Assembly (NCBI GenBank): GCA_963798845.1
Contig: CAWCUS010000001.1
Span: 32,001-96,000, forward strand
DNA length: 64,000 nucleotides
Direction: 5' to 3'
Source: an uncultured Gemmatimonadales bacterium
Lineage (GTDB): Bacteria; Gemmatimonadota; Gemmatimonadetes; Longimicrobiales; RSA9
Made by a program: the position numbers and the translations under genes
Part shown: positions 41,576 to 51,122 of the stretch, piece by piece
Layout of the letters: every line of letters starts with the position of its first letter
How positions within the stretch are numbered: position 1 is the stretch's first letter
Notes under the pieces: generated by a model
Databases searched by the model: none
Seen by the model: only the letters and a program-made list of their open reading frames with translations
What the model was told of the DNA's origin: nothing

Positions 41576-42891
41576 GGCTGCGCCTCCCCGCCGGACCCGC
41601 CGAGGAGCGCCGTCTTCACCGCCGGGTCGACTTCCCAGCGGTCCGCGGCCACCACGCGCGCCACCCTTCGCCTGGCCAGCCGTTCGACCGTGAGCCCCTG
41701 CACGAGGATCGAGAACACCACCACCACGTAGGTGATGGCCAGCACGAACTCGCGCTCGGTCGCGGCCGGAATGGACAGCGCCAGCGCGATCGCGATGCCG
41801 CCCCGCAGCCCGCTCCAGGTGAGGATGCGCACCGTATACGGCTTCACCGCCCGCCTCAGGCGGATGAAGGCTATGGGAATCCCGACGCTGGCGAAGCGCG
41901 CGGCCAGCACGATCGGGATCGCGACCAGCCCCGCCACGATGAGCTGCCAGTGCAGGTCGAGCGCGACCACTTCCAGGCCGATGATCAGGAAGAGCATCGC
42001 GTTCAGCGTCTCATCCACCACGATCCAGAACTTGTCCAGGTGGTCTCGCGTGGTGTCCGACATCGCGAGAGCGCGGCCGCGGTTGCCCACCAGCAGCCCC
42101 GCCACCACCATGGCCAGCGGTCCGGACGTGTGCAGCCGCATGGCCAGCGCGTACCCTCCCGTGACCACCGCGAGCGTGATCATCACCTCCACCGTGTGCT
42201 GGTCCACCTGCTTGAGCAGCAGGTAGGCCACGTAGCCGAGCACCAGACCGTACGCCAGCCCGCCCAGCGCCTCCCGCGCGAACAGCTCCACGACGTGGCC
42301 CGGCGACGTGGTGCCGGAAACGAGCACGCCGAGGATCGCGGTGAACACGACCACCCCTACGCCGTCGTTGAACAGCGATTCGCCGCTGATCAGAACGCGC
42401 AGGTCCTCCGGGGCGTGGACCCGGTTCAGCACGGCGAGCACCGCCACCGGATCAGTGGGCGAGATCAGCGCGCCGAACAGGAGCGCGTAGATGAACGGCA
42501 GGTCCACGCCCACCGCCATGGTGGCCAGCCAGACCAGGGAGCCGACGAAGAAAGTGGAGAGGAGGACGCCCACCGTCGCCAGCACGAGCACCATGAGGCG
42601 GTGCTCCATGAGCGCGTTCAGCTCCACGCCGAGCGCCCCCGCGAAAAGCATGGCCCCCAACAGCCCGTTCAGCAGGAGCTCGTTGAAGTCCAGACGGCTG
42701 AGCACGTCGTTGGCGAAGCTGGCCCGGATGCCCAGCAGCTCCAGCTTACCGATCCCGAGCAGCGCGAGCGAGAACACCAGTCCGCCCAGTGTCACGCCCA
42801 CCACGGGCACCACACCGATCCACCGCTGGTTCACCCACCCCAGCAGCGCAGTCAGCGTCACGAGGATCGCCACCAGCTCGAACGCGCTCAC
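41572..42891 (-). CDS. CPA1 (NhaP-type) Na+/H+ antiporter
   Basis: FGALISPTDPVAV, GESLFNDG, SGPLA.VVAGL, GLRG. Confidence 0.92.
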   Translation of the reverse strand: MSAFELVAILVTLTALLGWVNQRWIGVVPVVGVTLGGLVFSLALLGIGKLELLGIRASFANDVLSRLDFNELLLNGLLGAMLFAGALGVELNALMEHRLMVLVLATVGVLLSTFFVGSLVWLATMAVGVDLPFIYALLFGALISPTDPVAVLAVLNRVHAPEDLRVLISGESLFNDGVGVVVFTAILGVLVSGTTSPGHVVELFAREALGGLAYGLVLGYVAYLLLKQVDQHTVEVMITLAVVTGGYALAMRLHTSGPLAMVVAGLLVGNRGRALAMSDTTRDHLDKFWIVVDETLNAMLFLIIGLEVVALDLHWQLIVAGLVAIPIVLAARFASVGIPIAFIRLRRAVKPYTVRILTWSGLRGGIAIALALSIPAATEREFVLAITYVVVVFSILVQGLTVERLARRRVARVVAADRWEVDPAVKTALLGGSGGEAQP

Positions 42892-42933
42892 AGCACCGTG
42901 GCCTGTTCAGATTGTCGGTCCGGCTCCGCCCTT

Positions 42934-42952
42934 CGCAGGAACGGTTCCTGCG
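42934..42952. promoter_or_regulatory. Perfect palindrome reading as a sigma54-like promoter on both strands
   Basis: CGCAGGAAC-G-GTTCCTGCG, between divergent genes; GG-N10-GC in both orientations. Confidence 0.6.
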
Positions 42953-42992
42953 CCGCGTTCGTCTGTACGTGCACCCGCAACGAAAGGACCCG

Positions 42993-43442
42993 ATGCGCGT
43001 CACAGAGCTGCGCCGCGACGACCGGCGCGTCGACCTCGCCCTCATCTTCGACACGGGCGACGAGCTGATCTCCAGTCTCGAGGACTTCGCTCGCCGGAAC
43101 GACATCAAGGCCGCCCGCTTCACGGCCCTCGGCGCGTTCCGCCGCGCCACGCTGGCCTACTTCGACTGGGAGATCAAGGACTACCGCGATATCCCGGTCC
43201 GGGAGCAGGCGGAGGTCACATCCCTGGTCGGGGATATCGGCGTCCACGACGGTCAGGTCAAGGTACACGCCCACGGCGTCCTGGGCCGACCCGACGGCTC
43301 CACCCTGGCGGGGCACGTGCGCGAAGGTCACGTCCGCCCCACGCTCGAGCTCTTCCTCACCAGCTACCCGGGCAGTGAGCTCACCCGCGTCCAGGACCCG
43401 GAGAGCGGACTCGATCTGATCAAGGGAGATGAAGCAGCATGA
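42993..43442 (+). CDS. PPC/DUF296 domain protein
   Basis: ALGA, EVTSLVG, HAH, GH, PTLE. Confidence 0.87.
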   Translation: MRVTELRRDDRRVDLALIFDTGDELISSLEDFARRNDIKAARFTALGAFRRATLAYFDWEIKDYRDIPVREQAEVTSLVGDIGVHDGQVKVHAHGVLGRPDGSTLAGHVREGHVRPTLELFLTSYPGSELTRVQDPESGLDLIKGDEAA

Positions 43443-44437
43443 ACCAGAAACGAGAAGTCGTCGTCATAACCGGCGCCTCCGCCGGAGTCGGCCGCGCCAC
43501 GACGCGCCGGTTCGCCCGGGACGGTGCGCGCATCGCGCTCCTGGCCCGCGACCGCGATCGCCTGGAGGCCACGGCCCGGGAAGTCGAGGAGCTGGGTGGC
43601 GAAGCGCTAGTCCTCTCCGTGGACGTGGCCGATGCCGAGGCCGTGGAGGCCGCGGCGGACCTCACCGTCGAGCGATTCGGCCCCATCGACATCTGGGTCA
43701 ACAACGCCATGACGTCGGTGTTCGCCCGGGTGCAGGACATCGAGCCGGAGGAGTTCAAGCGCGTGACCGAAGTCAACTACCTCGGCTTCGTCTACGGCAC
43801 GCTCGCGGCGCTCAAGCGCATGCTACCTCGCGACCGCGGCCACATCGTCCAGGTCGGCTCCGCCCTCGCCTGGCGGGGCATCCCGCTCCAGGCCCCGTAC
43901 TGCGGGTCCAAGCACGCTATCCAGGGCTTCACCGAGTCGCTCCGGTCCGAGCTCATCCACGACGGGAGCAACGTGAAGGTCAGCATCGCCCACATGCCCG
44001 GCATGAACACGCCCCAGTTCGAGTGGGTGCGGTCGAAGCTGCCCAGGAAGGCCCAGCCGGTGCCTCCGATCTTCCAGCCCGAAGTCGCCGCCGACGCCAT
44101 TCACTGGGCCGCGCACCACGACCGCGCCATACTCTACGTCGGATTTCCCACGGTGAAGACCGTCGCCGGCGAGCGCGTCTCGCCCCGCATGCTCGACTAC
44201 TACCTGGCCAGAAAAGGCGTGAAGTCGCAGCAGACCGATGAGCCGCGCGACCCGGAACGCCCCGACAACCTCTTCGACCCCGTCCCTGGCGACTTCGCCG
44301 CCCACGGCCGTTTCGACAGGCGCGCCCGCTCGAAGAGCCGTCAGCTCTGGGCATCGAAGCACCGCGGCTGGCTGGCGCTGGGCGGCGCCGCCGCCGTGGC
44401 CGCCGCCGGGGCCGCCGGGCTCATGTCGCGCGACTGA
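43439..44437 (+). CDS. SDR family oxidoreductase with C-terminal membrane tail
   Basis: TGASAGVG, WVNNA, YCGSK. Confidence 0.92.
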   Translation: MNQKREVVVITGASAGVGRATTRRFARDGARIALLARDRDRLEATAREVEELGGEALVLSVDVADAEAVEAAADLTVERFGPIDIWVNNAMTSVFARVQDIEPEEFKRVTEVNYLGFVYGTLAALKRMLPRDRGHIVQVGSALAWRGIPLQAPYCGSKHAIQGFTESLRSELIHDGSNVKVSIAHMPGMNTPQFEWVRSKLPRKAQPVPPIFQPEVAADAIHWAAHHDRAILYVGFPTVKTVAGERVSPRMLDYYLARKGVKSQQTDEPRDPERPDNLFDPVPGDFAAHGRFDRRARSKSRQLWASKHRGWLALGGAAAVAAAGAAGLMSRD

Positions 44438-44467
44438 GGTTGCGAGGAGGAGGGAGATGGCCGGGGT

Positions 44468-45031
44468 TCACCGCCGGAAGAGGAGAATCGAGCCGACCCG
44501 CTCCTCGAGTCGGTCCCGCGTCAGCGCCATCAGGAGCATCTCGCTGCTCGCCAGGATCGCCAGCCCGACCGTCACGGCGAAGAACCCGCGGCTGTAGCGA
44601 CCGGTGAGGAAAAGCCAGCAGGCGAAGACGTAGCCCAGCACGCCCGCAGCCTTGGCCGAATAGAGGTGCAGATCGCCGAACCGACGAAAGCGAACAATGG
44701 TGGCCGCCACGCCCGCGCAGCCCAGCACCATCCAGGTCAGCAACGCCACGGCATTCTCCCGGAAGAAGCCGGGCGTGAGCCACGCCATCCAGCCGACGAT
44801 CGAGCCCATGAGCACGATGTCCGCGGCCGAGTCCAGCTGGCTCCCGAAGGGCGACACGCGGGCGGTGAGCCTCGCCACCGGCCCGTCCAGGACGTCGGTC
44901 AACCCGGCTGCTGCGAGCCCCACCGCGAGCTCGGTCGTCATCCCCGCCAACGCGAATCCCCAGAGCACGGGGATCAGGAGGACACGGAGAAGCGTGAGGT
45001 GATCGGCCGGACTCGGTCGCGCGGTCGTCAT
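44468..45031 (-). CDS. CDP-alcohol phosphatidyltransferase family protein
   Basis: TD.LDG.VAR...S.FG..LDS.AD signature. Confidence 0.88.
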   Translation of the reverse strand: MTTARPSPADHLTLLRVLLIPVLWGFALAGMTTELAVGLAAAGLTDVLDGPVARLTARVSPFGSQLDSAADIVLMGSIVGWMAWLTPGFFRENAVALLTWMVLGCAGVAATIVRFRRFGDLHLYSAKAAGVLGYVFACWLFLTGRYSRGFFAVTVGLAILASSEMLLMALTRDRLEERVGSILLFRR

Positions 45032-45070
45032 CGACGGTAGTACACCCGGGCTCGCCGCTTCGGTTCCGAT

Positions 45071-45580
45071 TCAGTCCACGGTGCCGAGGCGCGACTCACC
45101 TTCCACCACGGCCCGGATGAGTGAGCGGTGCGTTCCGGTGAGATACACGGCCATGGCCAGGGCCCCGAGCAGGCTCGACCCCACCACCAGCCAGGGAGAG
45201 ACCAGCGCGCCGGCGAGGACGGTGAGCGCGAGCACGGCCGCATAGCTGAGCACCGCTGCCCCGAGGAAGAAAAAGAACCCCAGGTACCAGAACTCCGGGC
45301 GACGCTCGATCTGATAGACGAGCCACGCTGCGAAAAAGCCGAAGCCCATGAACGCCAGGAGGTGAACGCCGTTGAACGCCAGCACCGGCGCGGGTCCGAT
45401 CACCAGCGCCTGCGTATCGCGCAGTCCCCAGAAGAGCGCCTGGCCCAGCAGCGCTGCCGTGTACACGGCGGGACGGCCGACCACCACGTTCGCCACGGCG
45501 AAGAAGATCACCACGACAATGTAGCCGATGAGCCCGGCAGCGAGTCCGTCCGCGAGCAGCCGGCTTCTCGACTCGAGCAT
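45071..45580 (-). CDS. Hypothetical 4-TM membrane protein
   Basis: Hydrophobic ORF with GAGGAGG RBS, in operon after the CBS gene. Confidence 0.7.
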   Translation of the reverse strand: MLESRSRLLADGLAAGLIGYIVVVIFFAVANVVVGRPAVYTAALLGQALFWGLRDTQALVIGPAPVLAFNGVHLLAFMGFGFFAAWLVYQIERRPEFWYLGFFFFLGAAVLSYAAVLALTVLAGALVSPWLVVGSSLLGALAMAVYLTGTHRSLIRAVVEGESRLGTVD

Positions 45581-45590
45581 CGGTGCCTCC

Positions 45591-46160
45591 TCACGTGGGA
45601 GTGAACGTGCCGCAGCCGAGCGCCCGGACCACGTCCGAGCTCGTGACGATTCCCACCAGCCGGCCGCGCTCCACCACCAGGCACCGGTGGATCCGCCCGC
45701 CGGTCAGGAACGCAGCCAGCTCGCGCACCGTGGCGTCCGGGGAGATGGTGAATGTCGCCGGCGTCATGATATCCCCCACCGTCGTGGCATCGAGCACGGA
45801 GCCGGCGCCTCCCTGCGGCGGCGATCCGCCCTCTCCGCCCCCCTCCCGCTCCGTCATCAGCTCGTGGAGCAGGTCGTCCTCGGCCGTGTCCTCATCCCAC
45901 GCCACCGGGTCCCACAACGGGTCGCCGCTCGGCACCTCGTGTTCCGACGCCATGAGCCGGATGACGTCCGACGCGGAGACCACGCCCAGCAGCTTTCTGC
46001 TCCCGTCCAGCACCGGAACGCCGGAGATCTGCTCACGGGCGAGAAGCTGCACCAGCTCGCACACGGAGGTGCGAGGGTCGACGGTACGCACGGGATGCAC
46101 CATGATGTCGCGGACCTTCAGCGCATCCAACCCGGTCCGCTCCGACGCTAATCCCGTCAT
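45591..46160 (-). CDS. CBS-pair domain protein
   Basis: V.DIM, ISGVPV, LGVVS.SD, IHR..VV, LVGIVT.SD; acidic insert between the CBS repeats. Confidence 0.87.
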   Translation of the reverse strand: MTGLASERTGLDALKVRDIMVHPVRTVDPRTSVCELVQLLAREQISGVPVLDGSRKLLGVVSASDVIRLMASEHEVPSGDPLWDPVAWDEDTAEDDLLHELMTEREGGGEGGSPPQGGAGSVLDATTVGDIMTPATFTISPDATVRELAAFLTGGRIHRCLVVERGRLVGIVTSSDVVRALGCGTFTPT

Positions 46161-46361
46161 GGACCTTCCTCCCGGCTGGTCTGATGCGGCCACCCGCCAT
46201 GGCGGCGGTGGGGATCGTCCAGGGGCTGGGGCTGGCGCGGGCTGTGGCCGCGTGGGCCGTCGCTCGGCCGCCTTCCGCACACTCTGATCAAGGGTGCAAC
46301 GCCGCCGGCGGTGGCGCCATCGGGAAAAGCCGCATTCCATGTAGGAAAACGCCTGAAATAC

Positions 46362-46473
46362 TTGCGCGCCAACGGTCTCCGGGCCATATTTCGAGAGACC
46401 AAAGAGGGGAGGCGGGGAAGGGGAACCCTCCGCCGAACGCAGGCCCGACGGAGGGAACTCCGTTGGGCCTTTT
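46362..46473 (+). ncRNA. Candidate small RNA or attenuated leader (promoter, two hairpins, terminator)
   Basis: TTGCGC-N17-CATATT; hairpin 46411-46434; AGGCCCGACGGAG-GGAA-CTCCGTTGGGCCT followed by TTT. Confidence 0.45.
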
Positions 46474-46518
46474 CCTTGATGGTCTGCCGACAGGGCTCAC
46501 CGCAGCGAGGAGTTCAGG

Positions 46519-46776
46519 ATGAGCGGCACATACAGGCACCTGAGCCCGGGGCGGTACCGTCTGACGGTGGACGCTGGCCAGGGTCCCGCGGGGATCCGGC
46601 GCCCCGATGGCCACGACGTCGTGGTCAATGTGGAGGGCGGCATCAGAACCTTCTCGATCGACCGCGGCGAGCGGGTCTACTACTGGTGGCGTGGGCCCGC
46701 GCCGCGCACGGGGGTGCAGCTCGCTCCGGCGGATCGGCCGGGTTCGCAGTCGCTGATCACGGCCGAGTACGCGTAA
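46519..46776 (+). CDS. Hypothetical 85-aa protein
   Basis: GAGGAG RBS, GC3-rich codons, downstream terminator. Confidence 0.65.
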   Translation: MSGTYRHLSPGRYRLTVDAGQGPAGIRRPDGHDVVVNVEGGIRTFSIDRGERVYYWWRGPAPRTGVQLAPADRPGSQSLITAEYA

Positions 46777-46795
46777 ATCGGCCGGTCACAGGGGC

Positions 46796-46830
46796 AAGGG
46801 GGCGCGCCGCCGGGCACGGCGCGCCCCTTT
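46796..46830. terminator. Intrinsic terminator between convergent genes
   Basis: AAG-GGGGCGCGCCG-N7-CGGCGCGCCCC-TTT. Confidence 0.7.
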
Positions 46831-46863
46831 GTCGTTTCTGCCGGTCCCTCTGCCCGTCTCCGC

Positions 46864-48036
46864 TCACCCGTCGGCGTACAGCAGGGTGGCGGGGACCATG
46901 ACCCATTCACCGAGGGTGATCAGGTCGGAGACCCCGAGCCACAGCTGGCGCAGCGCCGCCACTTCCGACTGGGCCAGCGCCGTGCCGTTGCCGCGTATGA
47001 ACTGGGGATCGCCGTCCACTCCGCCGACGCGTACCACTTCCTGGCCCTGCGTCCAGATGCCGCCGCTCAACCCGTCCCCGGTGCCGATGCTGACATCGAG
47101 CTGGACCTCCTGGGGCGTGCCCGGCTCGAAGGACGCCAGGAACTCGAGCGTCCACCACTCCGCGGCGTTGAACGGACTCCGCGCGTTGACGGTCAGAAGC
47201 ACCGGCGGGCCGCTCCCGGGCGCCTGCAGGTTGTAGGCGAGCACCAGCGCGTCGGAGTCCCTGGCCTGGCTCCACGCGTACTGCTGCGCCAGGTCGAACG
47301 CCACGTGCCCGCCCGCGTCGCCCACCTCTCCTGTCGCCACGAGCTCCAGCGTGCCCTCGGCGTTGGTCCCGCTGCCGGACATGTCGACGGTGTAGTCGGC
47401 CAGCGTGATCGACACCGTCCTGCCGGTCTCCACGACTCGCACCCCCACCCGCTCGGCCAGCGTCCGGTCCTCATCCGTCAGGTCAATGTAGCCGATCTCC
47501 GTCGTCGGCTCGGACGGGTACCCCGTCGCCGAGTCCATCTCGTACAGGACCAGCCGGACACCGTTGGCGGGAGCACCCGGCCGGTCGGAGACCAGGTACC
47601 CGTCCGCCGGGTCCCACTCCAGCGTGGCGCCGCGGATGCCGCCGGGGAACGTCAGCTTCGCGACCGCCCCGTCCGCCCTGCCCGCCGCTGCCGTCATCAC
47701 GCCGGCGGCCAGGTCCCGGAAACGCTGCGGCCCCGGCACCCGCGCAGACGCGGCCGCGCCAGCGCCATTCAGGGTCGCGTTCAGTGTGGCGGCGCTCGCG
47801 GCCACGGCAGCGGCCAGCGACGCCGCGCCATAGCTGTCCACGGTCAGGGCGGCCAGGTTGATGCCGAGGAACGCGTTCTCGCTGGCGTCCAGCGGGTCCA
47901 CGACCGCGTTGAGCTGCTGCAGCGTCCGGGTGGGATCGTAGTCAGGGAGCGGCTCGATGGGGGAATCCCCGCACCCGGCCAGCAGGACGGCCGAAGCCAG
48001 CAGAAGGGCAGGCCGGCCATGCGTCAGCGTGCTCAT
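46864..48036 (-). CDS. Hypothetical lipoprotein
   Basis: Signal peptide with lipobox LAGC; no recognisable domain. Confidence 0.7.
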   Translation of the reverse strand: MSTLTHGRPALLLASAVLLAGCGDSPIEPLPDYDPTRTLQQLNAVVDPLDASENAFLGINLAALTVDSYGAASLAAAVAASAATLNATLNGAGAAASARVPGPQRFRDLAAGVMTAAAGRADGAVAKLTFPGGIRGATLEWDPADGYLVSDRPGAPANGVRLVLYEMDSATGYPSEPTTEIGYIDLTDEDRTLAERVGVRVVETGRTVSITLADYTVDMSGSGTNAEGTLELVATGEVGDAGGHVAFDLAQQYAWSQARDSDALVLAYNLQAPGSGPPVLLTVNARSPFNAAEWWTLEFLASFEPGTPQEVQLDVSIGTGDGLSGGIWTQGQEVVRVGGVDGDPQFIRGNGTALAQSEVAALRQLWLGVSDLITLGEWVMVPATLLYADG

Positions 48037-48119
48037 GGGACTGCTCCGTTCGGATGTGTGCCGGAGGGGGGCTGTCCCATTTCATAGACCGTCCCGCCGG
48101 AATTTGTTCCCGCCGGAGC

Positions 48120-49691
48120 TCAGTGCCGGAAAACGCGGCGTCCGGTGAACACCATGGCCATGTCGTGTTCGTCCGCCGCACCCACGACCTCCTCGTCCCG
48201 GACGGAGCCGCCGGGCTGGATGATGGCCGAGACGCCCGCGTCCGCAGCCGCGTCCACGCCGTCGCGGAACGGGAAGAAGGCATCCGAGGCGAGGACGGCG
48301 CCGTTCAGGTCCACTTCCTGGTCGTGCGCCTTCATGACCGCGATGCGGGAGGAGTCCACGCGGCTCATCTGACCGGCGCCGATTCCGACGGTGCGCAGAC
48401 CGCTGGCCAGCACTATGGCGTTGGACTTCACCAGGGCCACGGCCCGCCACGCGAAGCGCAGGTCGCGCATCTCGACGTCCAATGGCGACCTCTCGGTGAC
48501 CACCCGCCACTCGTCCTCCGGGAAGCTCAGCCGCATCCTTGCCTGCACCAGCAGCCCGCCCCGCACCCGCCTGTAGTCCCATTCCGTTTCGCCCGGCGAG
48601 GCCACCGGGAGCTCCAGCAGGCGCAGGTTCTTCTTCTGCCCCAGGATCTCGCGCGCGGCCGCGTCGAATGCGGGCGCCACGATCACCTCGAGGAAGTGCG
48701 ACGCCATCGCTTCCGCCGCCGCCGCGTCCACGCCCACGTTGAGCGCCACGATGCCACCGAAGGCGGACGCGGGGTCGCACGCCAGCGCCCGTCGGTACGC
48801 ATCGGCCGGGTCCTCGCCGAGCGCGAGGCCGCACGGCGTCGTGTGCTTGACAATGCAGCACGCCACCGCCTCCTCCGGCGACCACGCCGACGCGGCCATG
48901 GCCGCCCCATCCACGTCGATGAGGTTGTTGTACGACAGCTCCTTTCCCTGCAGCTGTCGAAGCCGCGGCACGCTGTCGTCGGGCGGGTCCTTTTCGCCGT
49001 AGAACGCCGCGGGCTGGTCGGGGTTCTCGCCGTACCGGAGATCCTGCACCTTCTCCAGGTCGAGCACCAGCGACGCCGGGAACCCGTCCCCGCCTCCCAC
49101 ATCCGACCGGCCGCCATCGGCCTGGCCCGCCATGTATTCGGCAATGGCGGCGTCGTAGCCGGCCGTGTGGTCGAACACCTTCCGCGCCAGATCCCGGCGC
49201 AGCGCACCATCCGCGTCGCCGCGGCGGAGCGCGTCGAGCACGCGGCCGTAGTCGCTCGGGTCCACCACCACCAGCAGCCGTTCGTGGTTCTTGGCTGCCG
49301 AGCGCAGCATGGTCGGCCCGCCAATGTCCACGTTCTCCATGGCGGTCGCCAGGTCCGCCCCCGCGGCCACCGCCTCCCGGAACGGATACAGGTTCACCAC
49401 CACCAGGTCGAACGGCGCATAGCCGTGCTGCGCCAGCGCCGCCGCATCGTCCTCGTTTCCGGCCCGGGCCAGGATGCCGGCGTGAACGGCCGGGTGCAGC
49501 GTCTTCACCCGTCCGTCCATCATCTCCGGATGCCCGGTCACCTCGCTGACGTCCCGGACGTCCAGCCCGGCATGCCGGAGCATGGCGGCGGTCCCGCCGG
49601 TCGAGACCAGCTCCCAGCCCAGCTCGGCGAGACCGCGCGCGAGGTCGGCCACACCGCTCTTGTCGGAAACGCTCAGGATCGCTCTCGGCAT
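48120..49691 (-). CDS. purH: Bifunctional AICAR transformylase / IMP cyclohydrolase
   Basis: [54 protein letters not shown]. Confidence 0.96.
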   Translation of the reverse strand: MPRAILSVSDKSGVADLARGLAELGWELVSTGGTAAMLRHAGLDVRDVSEVTGHPEMMDGRVKTLHPAVHAGILARAGNEDDAAALAQHGYAPFDLVVVNLYPFREAVAAGADLATAMENVDIGGPTMLRSAAKNHERLLVVVDPSDYGRVLDALRRGDADGALRRDLARKVFDHTAGYDAAIAEYMAGQADGGRSDVGGGDGFPASLVLDLEKVQDLRYGENPDQPAAFYGEKDPPDDSVPRLRQLQGKELSYNNLIDVDGAAMAASAWSPEEAVACCIVKHTTPCGLALGEDPADAYRRALACDPASAFGGIVALNVGVDAAAAEAMASHFLEVIVAPAFDAAAREILGQKKNLRLLELPVASPGETEWDYRRVRGGLLVQARMRLSFPEDEWRVVTERSPLDVEMRDLRFAWRAVALVKSNAIVLASGLRTVGIGAGQMSRVDSSRIAVMKAHDQEVDLNGAVLASDAFFPFRDGVDAAADAGVSAIIQPGGSVRDEEVVGAADEHDMAMVFTGRRVFRH

Positions 49692-49702
49692 CGCTCCTCC
49701 GG

Positions 49703-50422
49703 TCACTCCAGGCCGAACAGCCGGCGCACGCCGCGGGCGTCCGGCTCGTCGCTCTCGTTCAGGCAGAATCCCACGCGCTCGCTCACCGGGAGCGGCGTGG
49801 CGTTTCGCACGGCCTCCGCCGCGCTCTCCCCCTCGGCTTCCGCGAGCACGTGGGCGAGCCATTCCACGGCCGTCGGGTAGAGCGCGTGCTCGACGCGCAG
49901 CACCCGCGCCGCGAGCGTCTCCGGCGTGTCGTCCTCCAGCACGGGCACCGGCCACTGCGCCAGCACCCGCCCTGCGTCGTAGCGTTCGTTGACGAAGTGG
50001 ACGGACGGCCCGGTGATCCGGCACCCGGCGGCGAGCACGGCCCGGTGCACGTTCAGCCCGTACATCCCCTTGCCCCCGAACGCGGGAAGCAGGGCCGGGT
50101 GGATGTTCAGCACGCGGTAGGCGAACCGGCGCACCACGTCGGAGGGGAGGAGGCGGAAGTAGCCGGCGAGAGCCACCAGATCAATGGCTTCGGACTCCAG
50201 TGCGTCGAGGATGTCGGCGGTCACCGCCGCGATCGGGCGGGTCTTCACCTGGATCACGTGCGCCGGGATCCCCGCCGCCTGCGCGCGGGCCTCCGCCCCG
50301 GTGTCCTGGCGGTCCGTCACCACGAGGGCTACCCGCGCCAGCTCACTTCCGGCGAAATGGTCCATCAGCGCCTGGAGGTTCGTCCCGCCTCCGGACGCGA
50401 ATACCGCAATGCGTACGCTCAT
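49703..50422 (-). CDS. purN: Phosphoribosylglycinamide formyltransferase
   Basis: ASG.GTNLQA, LAGY, NIHPALLP.FGG.G.YG, VH.V...YD.G, EH.LYP. Confidence 0.93.
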   Translation of the reverse strand: MSVRIAVFASGGGTNLQALMDHFAGSELARVALVVTDRQDTGAEARAQAAGIPAHVIQVKTRPIAAVTADILDALESEAIDLVALAGYFRLLPSDVVRRFAYRVLNIHPALLPAFGGKGMYGLNVHRAVLAAGCRITGPSVHFVNERYDAGRVLAQWPVPVLEDDTPETLAARVLRVEHALYPTAVEWLAHVLAEAEGESAAEAVRNATPLPVSERVGFCLNESDEPDARGVRRLFGLE

Positions 50423-51084
50423 GCCAGCCCCCCCGGGAAGTTCGGTGACAGGAACGGATTCACGCGCCGCTCTCGCCCGACCGTCGTGACGGGCCCGTGG
50501 CCGGAATAGAGCCGGGTCTGGTCCGGCAGCGTGAGCACCTGCTCTCGTATGGACCGGAACAGCTCGGTGGCGCTCCCGCCGAAGAGGTCCGTGCGGCCTA
50601 CCCCGTCGTGGAAGACCACGTCGCCCACGAACGCGACGCCCGCCTCCGGGCTGTACAGCACCACGTGCCCCGGCGAATGACCGGGCGCGTGCCGGACCTC
50701 CATCTCGCACCGGCCGATCCGGAGCGTTTCACCCGCTCTCAGCTCCACGTCGGGTGGCGGCGGGGACTCCACCCGGTACCCGAACATCTCGCCCTGCTCT
50801 TCAGCCGCGTCGTACAACGGTCGGTCGGCCGGATGGAGGTAGATCGGCGCCGGAATGCGGCGGACCAGCGCCGCGACCCCTTCCAGATGGTCGAGGTGGG
50901 CATGCGTCAGGATGATCGCGACGAGCGAGCCCCCCGCGGATTCCACGGCATCGGCCATGGCCGGCGCTTCCGCGCCCGGGTCGATCGCCGCCCAGTCGCC
51001 GGTACGGGTGCAGCGGACCAGGTACGCGTTCTCCGCGAACGCCTGGGATGTGAACGTCAGGATCTCGAGTGCTTCCGCCGTCAT
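50419..51084 (-). CDS. MBL-fold metallo-hydrolase (glyoxalase II-like)
   Basis: THAHLDH, PGHSPG, GD, GHG. Confidence 0.9.
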   Translation of the reverse strand: MTAEALEILTFTSQAFAENAYLVRCTRTGDWAAIDPGAEAPAMADAVESAGGSLVAIILTHAHLDHLEGVAALVRRIPAPIYLHPADRPLYDAAEEQGEMFGYRVESPPPPDVELRAGETLRIGRCEMEVRHAPGHSPGHVVLYSPEAGVAFVGDVVFHDGVGRTDLFGGSATELFRSIREQVLTLPDQTRLYSGHGPVTTVGRERRVNPFLSPNFPGGLA

Positions 51085-51122
51085 GCGCCCCCGTCTCGCG
51101 GTGCGGACCGGGGGTCAAGCTA

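Noticed and set aside
48120..51122. ZMP/ZTP or purine riboswitch before purN/purH
   Set aside because: The genes are packed with gaps under 40 nt, leaving no room for an aptamer.
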